A stretch of DNA of 64,000 nt. It comes from Octopus vulgaris. Taxonomy: Eukaryota. Where the stretch lies: NCBI GenBank assembly GCA_951406725.2, contig OX597824.1:80042001-80106000 (forward strand). The letters run 5' to 3'. The notes under the pieces were generated by a model. The model had not been told where the DNA came from, ran no database searches, and worked only from the letters and a program-made list of their open reading frames with translations. A program made the position numbers and the translations under genes. This document shows positions 40,937 to 54,091 of the stretch, piece after piece. Position 1 is the first letter of the stretch; every line of letters starts with the position of its first letter.

Positions 40937-41989
40937 AGGAATTACACAAACAAGATTATTTGAAATAACAAGTGCAACGCTTGAATAATTGCTCAGGTCT
41001 GAGGCTACAAAAGGTAGCTCAGATGCTACGCAAACAAACAACTAACAGCTACTCATAAATTATAAAACAACAATTTTCGGGTTAAATTATTTTAAAGCAC
41101 ACTTAGAAGAAGCCAGCACAAAATGAATGCATAAATACTGAATGGTCCACCGTTGGTAGAAGTCACCTTCATCACCAAAAGTAGAAAAGAAGATACGAAC
41201 CCGAAACCGCTTGCTTAAAGCATAAAACGTTAACCACAATAATATCGAAAAAAAAAATGATTGCCTAAAAGAATTTACCTCGAGGTTATCTGTCGCTTGA
41301 TTTGAGTTGGTTAATGAAGATATATTTCGTACACTGCTTGAATAATGACTGAAGCAAACCCACGAATATTTAACCGAAATATTTATTGTCAGACATAAAA
41401 ATATTGGGTGTTGGTTATTTACAATGAACAGCATTTGCTGACTGGGAGAGAGACAGGCTGCTCTGAAATTATAGAAAGTTACCTTGAGCGTCAGCACTCA
41501 GCCGTCAGCATTTGGTCGTCTGCACTCGATCGTCTGCGTAAATGTGTGTAACCGTCTGATGGCAAAAGTGAAGGCGCATATCTCTCAGTTGCTTTCAACA
41601 CTTTGCGATTAATTGAGCGACAAAGCCGTCTTTTATAGGGTACAAGAAGGAACATTCTAGGAAGCAACATCACTCCATAGCTTCACGCTGAATTGTTGCT
41701 TAATTGATCGATCACATAAAACTGTTGTGTTTCACTCGTAGTGTCTGAGCAATTATCTAGCGGTTGAGGTTTCGCATCACCGATATAGTTTTAACTTGCG
41801 GAAATGCTTCGAAGTCCTTGTCGTTGTAACGATCAGTTAGTGATCAACAAAACTATAATAGGAGATAGAACATTTGAGCATTGCAGAAGCTTTTGTCAAT
41901 GTTCTCCACACCTGAGTTCTAAATCTGTTAGCTATGAGCAAGGTAGTATCAGTAAAGCCGGTAATTCAACCACATCATGAAAATCCAGA

Positions 41990-44060
41990 AAACAAACCTG
42001 AAGATAGAAACCAAGGAGTTAATTATGAAAATGGATTCTCTCGCAGAAAAGAAAAATTCCAAGAGGCGGCGAGCTGGGAGAAACGTTAGCACGCCGGGTG
42101 AAATGCTTAGCAGTATTTCGTCTGTCTTTACATCCTGAGTTCAAATTCCGCCGAAGTCGACTTCGCCTTTTATCCTTTCGGGGGTCGATAAATTAAGTGC
42201 CAGTTACGCACTGGGGTCGATGTAAACAGCTTAATCCGTTTGTCTGTCCTTGTTTGTCCCCTGTATGTTTAGCCCCATGTGGGCAATAAAGAAATAAGAA
42301 ACGTTAGCACGCCGGGCGAAATGCTTAGCGGAATTGCGTCTGCCGTTACGTTCTGAGTTCAAATTCCGCCGAGGTTCACTTTGTCTTTCATCCTTTCGGG
42401 GTCGATAAATTAAGTACCAGTTACGCACTGGGGTCGATGTAATCGACCTAATCCTTTTGTCTGTCTTCGTTTGTCTCCTCTATGTTTAGCCCCTTGTGGG
42501 CAATAAAGAAATAAGAAACGTTAGCACGCCGGGCGAAATGCATAGCGGAATTTCGTTTGCCGTTACGTTCTGAGTTCAGATTCCACCGAGGTCGGCTTTG
42601 CCTTTCATCCTTTCGGGGTCGATAAATTAAGTACCAGTTACGCACTGGGGTCGATGTAATCGACTTAATCCCTTTGTCTGTCTTCGTTTGTCTCCTCTAT
42701 GTTTAGCCCCTTGAGGACAATAAAGAAATAAGAAACGTTAGCACGCCGGGCGAAAAATGTATAGCGGAATTTCGTTTGCCGTTACGTTCTGAGTTCAGAT
42801 TCCACCGAGGTCGGCTTTGCCTTTCATCCTTTCGGGGTCGATAAATTAAGTACCAGTTACGCACTGGGGTCGATGTAATCGACTTAATCCCTTTGTCTGT
42901 CTTCGTTTGTCTCCTCTATGTTTAGCCCCTTGAGGGCAATAAAGAAATAAGAAACGTTAGCACGCCGGGCGAAAAGTGTATAGCGGAATTTCGTTTGCCG
43001 TTACGTTCTGAGTTCAGATTCCACCGAGGTCGGCTTTGCCTTTCATCCTTTCGAGTTCGATAAATTAAGTACCAGCTTCGCACTGGGGTCGATGTAATCG
43101 ACTTAATCCCTTTGCTTGTCCTTGTTTGTCCTCTCTATGTTCAGCCCCTTGTGGGCAATAAAGAAATAAGAAACGTTAGCACGCCGGGCGAAATGCATAG
43201 CGGAATTTCGTTTGCCGCTACGTTCTGAGTTCAAATTCCGCCGAGGTCCCTTTGCCTGTCCTCGTTTGTCCCCTCTATGTTCAGCCCCTTGCGGGCAATA
43301 AAGCAATAAGAAAAGAAACATTCCAACAGGTTTCTTTATTGTCATTCCTTTTCCTGGTTTGGCGTTAATGCATTTAAATATTGTGCTAAACAAGACCATT
43401 ACAAAATGATACTGCGAGGATATTCAGCCAACCTTTTCTGTATGGATGACCTCAAATCGTATGATAAGCAGCTAGAAACGATATTACAGACAGTATACAG
43501 ATTCATCAAAAGAATTATTATGAAATAAATTAGATTTAGAAAAATGTGATAAGACAAACTTAAAGAGAGGAAAGTTAATAAAAATACACTAATATCATAC
43601 TTGGTAAAGAAACTGAGATAAGAGAAATATACCAAACACAGACATACAAATACTTAAGAATTAATGAACTAGACATCAGTATATATAAAAAGGAAAAATA
43701 TAATAAATGGTATTGAAGGATATCGTAGAAACTTTAGATTACTACTTCAGACGGAGCTAAATGGCAAAATAAATAAATAAATGAAGAAATAAGAAATAAT
43801 AAAACAAATCAGTGGAATAAAATTGGCATCATATCAATACTTTAGATGTCACAATAATACGACATAGTTATAATATTTCCAAGTGGACGCCATGTGAATT
43901 AGCAAGACTCAATAGGAAAAGAAACGAAAAAAAAAAAAAAATAATGATTGCTTTTAGATTACATCATTCAAAATATGACACAGAAAGGTTATATTTACTT
44001 CGACTATAGAGCTCTGCAGAGTTTTATGTGACTAGATAATTATTGCATGACTACAAAAAT
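41990..44060 (+). pseudogene. R4/Dong-clade RT remnant, interrupted by the SINE hexamer
   Basis: RKEKFQQVSLLSF across the TSD (cf. RGIFQGDSLSPL); NLFCMDDLKSY...LEKC....KRGK; TYKYL.I. Confidence 0.75.
42063..43308 (+). repeat. SINE family B hexamer (~217-219-bp units) within one TSD
   Basis: Units start at 42063, 42297, 42514, 42731, 42950 and 43169 (last one internally deleted). TSD agaaaagaaa(a/c)attccaa at 42045-42062 and 43309-43326. Confidence 0.92.
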
Positions 44061-44126
44061 ATCTAGTAAAGAATACTACTACTACTACTACCCATAATGA
44101 TGATAATAATAATAATAATAATAATG

Positions 44127-44214
<88 letters not shown>

Positions 44215-44216
<2 letters not shown>

Positions 44217-44725
44217 GATAAAGAGAATAGAAAGCACCAGATAACTGACTTTACAGTCCCAAATGATGGAAAAATTAATATGAGAAGTATAGAAAAAATA
44301 GTGAAGTTCCAGGACTTAGCTATTGAATTACAGAGACTATGGAAAGTGCGTATAAAATGTATCCCAGTAGTTATAGGTGCATTGTGAACTATTCCTAAAG
44401 ATCCGAACAGATGGATAGAGGAAATAGGCATAAAACCCAGTTCTATACGAAGGTTGAGGTCCATGAGGAGAGTAGACATTATACCAATAGTAATTGGCGC
44501 ACTTGGGAGCATCTGCTCTCAACTGCTAATATAGCTGAAAAAGACTGGTAGAAATGTAAAGACAGAACACCTACAAATATCAGCATTGATTGGAACTGCA
44601 AGGATTCTTCGCAGGGTTCTTGAAGCAAGACTAGTAAACAAGTTTCACCCTAGTCTGCCGGGTGTGGATAGCTGACACTTCCCATCACACCCCGCAAAAT
44701 AAGCTTTGAGTATTCATCACATAAT
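44215..44725 (+). pseudogene. Two abutting R4/Dong restriction-like-endonuclease 3' fragments after (TAA)n
   Basis: IDKENRKHQITDFTVPND...EKIVKFQDLAIELQRLW...IPVVIGAL, then a second ...IIPIVIGALG...LQISALIGTARILRRVL followed by a 3' UTR and TAA repeats. Confidence 0.88.
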
Positions 44726-45809
44726 AAAAATAATATTAGTAATAATAATTCCAGCGACAAACTATGAAAGAAACATCAAAACAAATGTTCTCTGTTTTCA
44801 AGTAGGTCATTAAATGTAAAACAGAGACTGAGATATATAAAAGTTGTGAGGGAAAAGAAGAATCAACAGACATGGGAAAGAAATATTTTTTTCCTGCCTT
44901 TAACCCTCCAACGCGGATTGTATTTGCTTATTTGACTTAACTGTTGTTGGCCATGTCTCAGCCCCATACAATAACACAATACAATATAATGAGAAAAAAA
45001 AACTAAGCAGAAAATGGGTTCGCATTAAAAATAATAGCGACACGACCAATACAAGGAAAATGAATTATTCGATTCATAAGGTAGGATCTGATATATGAAC
45101 ACTTGATTGCAAAGCGAACGTCTTAATTATTCAGGAGAGCCTGCTTCGCATCTAACAAAGAATATATACGCACAGGCATTAACGCGTATACACAGAGAGA
45201 TGGACGTATAGAGACACACATTAACAGACATATATACACACACTTTTATGCATATATATGCATACATAAACGCGCAAAGACATACGTGCACTCGTACCAC
45301 AGATACTTACGTGCACGCTCCGGCAAACAGAAGCATACAGATGTTGATCTAACGACGGTGCTACTAGGCAGTGACTCGATCTGCAAGAAATAGCAACCAT
45401 ATATTCCTCAAATTACCTCCAAATTGCATTAACTAAAAAAAAAAAAAAAATTTATAAATAAATAAAAAAATAAAAAAGAAAGGAGAACGACTTTTTGGAT
45501 GATGAATTCCGAGATTAACTAGGTGTGGAAACACAGGATGGTCGCAGCTGGAACATAGCTCATCTCAGCCAGGTCTCCTTTGGGCCAAACAACAGCAACA
45601 GCAACAATAACTACTACTACAACACAACAGCAACACCAACAACAAGACGTTGACGTAAACACATGCACTCATTCATATACAGGGGAGAGATGAAAATACA
45701 ATTCGTACAAAATGCAAAGGGCGAATAAACCCTTAGAATACATTTGACTCCTATAGTAACGATAACGACAATCGCAGTGGTAGCAGTAACGAAAATACTA
45801 ATAGCAGTA

Positions 45810-45830
45810 ATATTATTATTGTTGTTGTTG

Positions 45831-45888
<58 letters not shown>

Positions 45889-45910
45889 ATTATTATTATT
45901 ATTATTATTA

Positions 45911-46001
<91 letters not shown>

Positions 46002-46027
46002 CATTATTATTATTATTATTATCATCA

Positions 46028-46088
<61 letters not shown>

Positions 46089-46315
46089 CATCATCATCAT
46101 TATCATCGTCATTATTATTATTATTATTATTCATTATTAACAATATTATTATTATTATCATTATCATCATCATTATTATTAACAATATTATTATTATTAT
46201 CATCATTAACATCATCATCATTATTATTATTATTATTATTATTATTCATCATCATTATTATTATTATTATTATTATTTATTATTATTATTAAAATATTAT
46301 TATTATTATAATTAA

Positions 46316-46379
<64 letters not shown>

Positions 46380-46433
46380 TATTATATTATTATTATATAT
46401 TATTATTATATTATTATTATTATTATTATTATG

Positions 46434-46485
<52 letters not shown>

Positions 46486-46515
46486 GTAGTAGTAGTAGTA
46501 GTAGTACTAGTAGTA
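45810..46515. repeat. Long (TTA)n/(TCA)n microsatellite
   Basis: Directly visible. Confidence 0.97.
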
Positions 46516-46833
46516 GTACTAATTGCAAATACGTGAAATGCAAAAAATAAAAAAAATTATACAAAATTATAGAAGTTAGTGGAAATTTACATTTAATTTT
46601 ATATGCAAAAAAAAAAAAAAAGTTTATAAACAAATAATAGATTTGATATGTAATAAATTTACACTCACACACACACACGCTAAATAAAAACAACAACAAT
46701 AGCAACACATTATTGATTGATTAAGTATGAGTCAGGGAATCGTAAAAATCTTCTCTAACGATGTATGATCGATATAATCTGCTGATCGTGTGGATGCGAC
46801 ATTTTTTGCGATGTTTTCGTTGTTGCACGTACA

Positions 46834-46986
<153 letters not shown>

Positions 46987-47833
46987 TAATCGCTTTTGTG
47001 CCTTAATGGACGAATTACTTTGGCGAAACGCTTTACTGATTGTGTAATTAACATGAACTGGACAAACAAATTAAAACAAGAACGAATGAAATTTATATCT
47101 TAACAAGTTTGTAGTCAGTGAAGCGGTGTCAGCTGGGCGCTTCAATTGCTATTTTAATATGGCGCTGACTATTCAAATGGCTGCTTTTTTGTTTTATAAA
47201 AATCTTCTTTTCTCCAAATGGTAATGTTTCTTTTTTTTTATATATATTTTTTCGAATATACTGGTGATATTACAACATTGTGGATGCTTTTTAAAGTGTA
47301 GGCGATATTTTAAAATGACAGCATCCTTATCGGGCATAATTCAAGGGAACTGAAGTTAAATGCTTTCTCTAGGGACAAAGCATGATTACTCTACACAAGT
47401 GATAGGGATTAAAATTCAACGAACAAGGCTGATATTGTAACAAGTCGATTAAACAATACCAATAAATCACTAATTTCTCGATTCTTTGGCATTTACATTA
47501 CGAATATCTCGAACCATCTCAAACTTTAGAATTAATCTGAATAATTTTTCCTTATTTTTTTTTTTCATTCTGACGATTTAGAGAGGGATTTTTTTATAAC
47601 CAAGTTAACATATTATTAATATTATTAATAACTTGCATTCTGGTGTATTTTGGTAGAGTCGTATTTGTTGATATTTCAATACACACACTTTCATTACATA
47701 GATACCTACATTAAAATCTTTCGTCAAAAGGCTGTAAAATCTTCACCCTACTCACACGTCTTGTATGTTTCTGAAACTAGACACAGAATGAAAGTAAAAT
47801 ATAGACTGATGAAGAAAACCAGGTTTTAAACTC

Positions 47834-47874
<41 letters not shown>

Positions 47875-47938
47875 CTTCTTCTTCTTCTTCTTCTTCTTCT
47901 TCTTCTTCTTCTTCTTCTTCTTCTTCTTCTTCTTCTTC

Positions 47939-47974
<36 letters not shown>

Positions 47975-48047
47975 TTCTTCTTCTTCTTCTTCTTCTTCTT
48001 CTTCGTCTTCTTTTTCTTCTTCTTCTTCTTCTTCTTCTTCTTCTTTT

Positions 48048-48089
<42 letters not shown>

Positions 48090-48092
48090 TCG
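47834..48092. repeat. Compound (TTG)(TTC)(ATC)(GTC) microsatellite
   Basis: Directly visible. Confidence 0.97.
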
Positions 48093-48398
48093 ACGCTGCG
48101 TCACCATGTCCCTTTCCTTTCACTTCAAATCTCCCGATGGTAGATCGTGTATATGATGGGAAGCCATCATATACAATTAGTTGCGGCAATATCAAACACA
48201 ACGGAGAAGAATTTGTTATTTACATGTTTCTTCAGAGCAAAAACAACTTGATCTGAAAGTATCCTCTTGGTGTAGCACTTATCAAAGATAAGCGTGGTGG
48301 CATAAGCATGATCAGTGGTGGAATTCAGACGAAGTTATGAGATTCGTTCAGTACCGGTAGCAGATGATTTTTACAATTGGTAAGAGAATTATTGCTAA

Positions 48399-48798
48399 CT
48401 AGCAGTATCGCCCGGCGTTGCTCGGGTTTGTAAGGGAAATAACTATATAAGCATTTTTAGAGAGTTATAGCCAAAAATTAGCAAATAAATGCATTAAAAA
48501 TGGAAAAAAAATGATGGCAAATTTTTTTTTAAATCGTTGACTCATCGTAGACATTTTTAGAGAGTTACTTCCCTTATATAATAGCGAAAAAATGCATTAA
48601 AATGGAAAAAAAAATGATGGTAAATTTTTTTTTAAATCGTAGACTCATCGTAGACGCGCGCTAATACCCAGAAGTGCTCGATATGAATCACGACTATAAG
48701 ATACCCGGTTTTGGTTAAACTGCACCGCAAAATGTGGGAGTAGTTAGGAATCTAAATCGTAGGAGACAGACACACAACTTCACTTTTATATATAAAGA
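48399..48798 (-). mobile_element. Non-autonomous Helitron, 400 bp
   Basis: TC...hairpin...CTAG on the minus strand with A|T target. Matches 30423-30818. Confidence 0.88.
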
Positions 48799-49039
48799 TA
48801 TAAACCAGACACATTGTCCTCGTCTGTCCTCTCGCTGCTTTCCGTTCCAGAATTAAAAAAGTATACTTGTAACAAAAAATATTTGTATATCTTGTTCCCT
48901 GGAGTACCTCCATATCCATATTCGATCTTCCGTGCTCAGCTTCAACACCAGCTGTTTCGGGTTTATTAACGGCTTTTTTTCAAATCATAGCTCAGTCCTG
49001 ACAGCACAGATCTGGCACGCACACACACACAAACACACA

Positions 49040-49048
49040 TACACTTTT

Positions 49049-49109
<61 letters not shown>

Positions 49110-49230
49110 AACATACACACACACACACACAGAGCCGTACCACTAAGTTATAGGCAGGTAAACAAACCGACAAAGGTTACCAAGCAGCAGTGACCTGCGC
49201 TGGTTATACAGAAACACACATACGCTCAAA

Positions 49231-49261
<31 letters not shown>

Positions 49262-49383
49262 TCACAGACATACACACACACACAGAGCCGTACCACTAAG
49301 TTATAGGCAGGTAAACAAACCAACAAAGGTTACCAAGCAGCAGTGACCTGCGCTGGTTATACAGTAACACACATACGCTCAAA

Positions 49384-49435
<52 letters not shown>

Positions 49436-49548
49436 GACATACACACACACACAGAGCCGTACCACTAAGTTATAGGCAGGTAAACAAACCAACAAAGGTT
49501 ACCAAGCAGCAGTGACCTGCGTTGGTTATACAGAAACACACATACGCT

Positions 49549-49586
<38 letters not shown>

Positions 49587-49600
49587 GACATACACGCACT
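49040..49600. repeat. Minisatellite: three ~150-170-bp units with variable (CA)n, derived from an old family A SINE (- strand)
   Basis: agagccgtaccactaagttataggcaggtaaacaaacc recurs at 49131, 49284 and 49453 and runs into a SINE head at 49600-49760. Confidence 0.85.
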
Positions 49601-50058
49601 TTATATACGACGGGTTTCTACAGAGTATCCATCGGCCAAATTCACTCACAAACCACTACTCAGCCCGCCACTTTGTAGAAGACACTTTTTCAAACTGCCA
49701 CAGGGTGGGACTGAACCGAAAAACCACGTTCTTGCAAAGCGGACATCATGACTGCACAACAATACCTGCGAATAATATCTTAAAACGTCTCATTAATCGA
49801 GATCAATTACGATAATTTACAAAGATTTTCTGTTAAAGAAAATCTAAGATGTTTAACAGGAAATATTTATAGTGTATTTGATAAGGGCTTCAATTTGTGC
49901 TATCAGAAAATTCCTGCATATCTCTGATGGCAGCTACGATAGCCGGATTATGTTATTAAATAAATTACATTTTAATGACGTGTACTTAATCCGTCCCACA
50001 TATAAGTCATGACACACATTCTAATATATGCAAATTAGACACGCGCCATTTATTTCTC

Positions 50059-50100
<42 letters not shown>

Positions 50101-50161
50101 TGACAGACATATAGACGCAGAAACGTACATGGGCGTTCTAACAATGCGCATACACACAAAA

Positions 50162-50372
50162 GCCGGCGAGCTGGTAGAAACGTTAGCACGTCGGGCGAAA
50201 TGCTTAGCGATATTTCGTCTGTCTTTATGTTCTGAGTTCAAATTCCGCCGAGTCGACTTTGCTTTTCATCCTTTCGGGGTCGATAAATTAAGTACCAGTT
50301 GTGTACTGGGTTCGATCTAATCGACTGGCTCCCTCCCCAAAACTTTCGGGCCTTGTGACTAGAGTAGAAAAA
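50162..50372 (+). mobile_element. SINE family B variant with a different 3' tail
   Basis: Family B head and centre, then ccctccccaaaactttcgggccttgtgactagagtagaaaaa. Confidence 0.85.
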
Positions 50373-50581
50373 AAATACGCATACACACATATAGTTCTCT
50401 CTCACTATCTATCTATCTTTCTTTCTATCTTTCTTTCTTTCTTTCTATCGATCTATCTCTATCTCTCTGTCTGCATTTCTTCCTTTTCTCCTTGTCTATC
50501 TGTCTCTCTTTCTCGATCTATATATATTACTTATGTTGTTTTTGTTGTTCTTGTTGTTGTTGTTGTTATTATTATTATTAC

Positions 50582-50654
<73 letters not shown>

Positions 50655-50699
50655 GATTCAAACTCAAATTCGTACTATTTCGAGGCAGAATGTATGTGG

Positions 50700-51000
50700 G
50701 TAGCGGGTTACTACCTGTAACCTTAGGTATCCACAATCTGTCAGTTACTCTTTCAAGTGCTTAAGATCATCCTGATAATCTTCTCTGTCTCTAAGAACCA
50801 AAATTCCTGTAGAAGCTGTAGAGGACATTCGATTCCAATCTCCTTCAACCGTTTGTTTATATCTTTGCTTAGAGTTCCCAATGCACCAATTATTATAGGC
50901 ATAACCTTTACACTTTTCATATTCCAAATTCCTGCGATTTCAAATTTTAATTCATTGTGTTTTCTTTTTCTTTTTGTCTTCTTTCTTTACGATCCTGTAA
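50700..51000 (-). pseudogene. R4/Dong restriction-like-endonuclease 3' fragment between (TTA)n tracts
   Basis: Minus strand reads LKFEIAGIWNMKSVKVMPIIIGALGTLSK...LKEIGI...LLQ...IIRMILS. Confidence 0.8.
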
Positions 51001-51028
51001 TCAAACGTACATGATGGATCAATTTAGA

Positions 51029-51088
<60 letters not shown>

Positions 51089-51158
51089 CATTATTATTAT
51101 ATTTTTAAAAAGGATTGACGTAACTCTTCACAAAGGTAAACAGTCAAGACGAAGAGCG

Positions 51159-51406
51159 CGATTCGATTGTAAGATATTTTATTAGTTGAACGATATTTCA
51201 ACAGTACGTCTGTCTGTCTTTGTCAAGTTCAAAATAAGAAGTGATAAAAATTCAAAATTACAGAAATTTAAATGCTGGTTGTTCTCGTTCATAATTTGCG
51301 TTTAAATTCTGTAATTTTGAATTTTTATCACTTATTTTAAACTTGACAAAGACATACGTACTGTTGAATTATCGGTCAAATAATAAAATATCTTACAACC
51401 GAATCG
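51159..51406. repeat. Inverted duplication (~115-bp arms, ~22-bp spacer) of a Penelope-like terminus with a hammerhead fold in each arm
   Basis: 51159-51275 is the reverse complement of 51298-51406. Flanking direct repeat aagacgaag at 51146-51154 and 51409-51417. Confidence 0.8.
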
Positions 51407-51452
51407 TGAAGACGAAGCGTCTTCACTATTATTGTTATTATTATTATTTTAA

Positions 51453-51496
<44 letters not shown>

Positions 51497-51497
<1 letters not shown>

Positions 51498-52028
51498 GAG
51501 TGAGAGAGCAGTTCATGACATCAAAGTGACACTGGGGTAAAATATACGAAGCCCAATATACCCATCATGACTACCCGTCTGATAAGGGTACACCAGGCAC
51601 ATGCATCACAACCATATGTGCGCGACATGGTGATCTCATATCAAGATAAACAGCATAGGACTTTGCAGGTGGGGCCCAGTTAGAATTTTCTTCAGGTCGA
51701 GTAGCCCATCCCGCTCAAAAGGTCCCTGAATAAGGGTTGTTTAAGGATGTTGAAAGAACCACCCATGTTTCCAGAGGTGAATTATTCAAACCCCAAAGAA
51801 TCCCTCTCAACACATGGCTATGATACTCCCCCACTACTTCTGCTCGTGATCAGAGATGCACATATCGTCAGCCACTAAGAGACATGTTCAACTGGTTAAG
51901 GTCAAACAACTGACAAGCAAATCTGTGGTATTGAGCAGAATATTTGCTGTAGCCCATCTTTTATACCAAGACAAAACAATGTACATGATAGCACTTCCAA
52001 TCAGTTAAGATCAGAAGCCATGAGAGCC
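51497..52028 (-). mobile_element. (TAA)n-inserted non-coding element, copy 2 (slightly 5'-truncated)
   Basis: Matches 38604 and 56241, with (TTA)n on both sides. Confidence 0.88.
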
Positions 52029-52140
<112 letters not shown>

Positions 52141-52146
52141 ATATTA

Positions 52147-52318
<172 letters not shown>

Positions 52319-52349
52319 AATAATAATATTATTATTATTGTTGTTGTTG

Positions 52350-52396
<47 letters not shown>

Positions 52397-52703
52397 TGAT
52401 GCAAACTCTCAGCTTATTTTGCTAGGTATGATGGAAAGTGTCAGCTGCTTACAGCAAGCAGACTAGTGAGACACTTGTTTACTGGTCATGCTCCAAGAAT
52501 CTTGCGAAATGTTCTTGCGGTTATTATTAAAAACCAGTTTGATTCTGTCCCATAAAATTTCTGGAAGCTTGTTATAGGAACGTAACTCGTTATGATATAT
52601 ACGTACCATGTAATCAATGCGCCGGAGTGCCTCTTTTTTTGTCGACAAATACTCACACACACACAAAGACACATACACACACATCTATATGTACGTATAT
52701 ATA

Positions 52704-52968
52704 TGTTAGTTAGTCAGTTAATTTTTGGCTCAAAAAGCAAAAAGCAAGGCCATGTAAGGGGACATGGAGTTATGTACAGGGTGGTGTTCATGTAAAGAGT
52801 TCAGGCCACTTGAGGTCAAGGGAGACTTTGAACAAAGCGGTCGTCGGCATCTTCACCATCTCGTCTGGCAGCTTATTCCACTGATCCGCAACCCGGACGG
52901 AGAAAGCCCCTCTCTTTCGATTGAGATGAAATCGTCGCAGATAGAGCTTTTCGGAATGACCCCGCAGC
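52704..52968 (-). mobile_element. CR1-like LINE 3' end, copy 2
   Basis: Near-identical to 25004-25270 (LRGHSEKL...WNKLP...). Confidence 0.88.
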
Positions 52969-53460
52969 AAGAAAACAAATAAAGCAAACAATGTTCAAGT
53001 GGCGTGAGGGCCTTTTAGGTTCGTAAGTAACAGTTAAAGCGTGATAATTGTAAACAATCAAACATAAACAAAACATAAGGTGATTATCAACAACAATATC
53101 AATACGAATATAGATACACACACACACACATAAACGCACACACCTACACACACACAAGATCACACATGCACACACACACACATATATATATATATGCATG
53201 CATCTATGTGCCTCAGGGCTGGACACAGGATCAAGCAAAATAGCAAAATCATGAATAAGCAGTTAGTAGTACGGGTGACAACAGTTTATTTCATAACCGT
53301 GCTTCCAACAAAATATATTAATGAGACTAATATATAATATACATACACACACATATATATATAACGGGAAGGTTTACGAAAATAAAGAAAAGACGAAGAC
53401 AGGTGGAGTACAAACAAACAAATATATTAGTATGGCGCTCAGGAATAGAAATAGAACAAG

Positions 53461-53498
53461 TCTTTTACGTTTCGAGCCTACGCTCTTCAACAGAAAGA
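53461..53498 (-). ncRNA. Hammerhead fold with A6U core variant in a Penelope-like terminus (53360-53530; related ends at ~17950-18040 and 59262-59369)
   Basis: Minus strand reads TCTTT-CTGTTGA-A-GAGC gtag GCTC-GAAA-CG-TA|AAAGA, with palindromic stem III ACGT. Confidence 0.6.
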
Positions 53499-53677
53499 TA
53501 CACAGAAAAAAAACAAGGAGAGAAAGAAGGAGTGAAAAAAATGCGTGTAGATATTGTGGCTTCTTTTCCATTAAATATAATGAAGACCAAAAAGTACAAA
53601 TACACACACAAACACACACATATACACGCACTCACACAATTACATATATGTTTTTGTGTGAGTACATGCATAAACAA

Positions 53678-53723
<46 letters not shown>

Positions 53724-54007
53724 AAATGTGATTCTTGTAAATTTCAATAACAATCTGTTCCTCCACAAGATAAGACTGTCACTTTGCTTCTTACTCGGAT
53801 TCTCAGAAATTTCGCACGATTGTATCCAAAATTTCTTCACATAACTTGATTAACAATTCAATATGAACTATATATGGACATGCACAAATTCTGTAAGTTC
53901 AAGACCTTCCATCGGATCTCCAGGAATCGAACTTTCTTCAATGTAGTTTAACTCACACCCTCATTTGTATCGACCCCTTTTGATGTTTGGGAATCTCTGA
54001 TGTTTTT

Positions 54008-54091
54008 TCGGCTGACGAGTACGAGCCATCTATATTTACTGCATTTTTTGTAGCTTATTAAAGATGCCCTCGTACGAAACAATTGTACCGA
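54008..54091 (+). ncRNA. Type I hammerhead ribozyme, canonical core, extended stem II
   Basis: TCGG-CTGACGA-GTACGAG(ccatct...agatg)CTCGTAC-GAAA-C-AATT-GTA|CCGA. Stem I tcgg/ccga, 7-bp perfect base of stem II, palindromic stem III ACAATTGT, GUA cleavage after 54087. Confidence 0.85.

Noticed and set aside
41000-41950. Unique-looking region with 136-aa and 60-aa minus-strand ORFs
   Set aside because: Non-ATG starts and no recognisable motifs; cannot support a gene or TE call.
49040-49600. Repeat-spacer-repeat pattern resembling a CRISPR array
   Set aside because: The repeats are ~100 bp and SINE-derived, the spacers are just (CA)n, there are no cas genes, and the context is eukaryotic.
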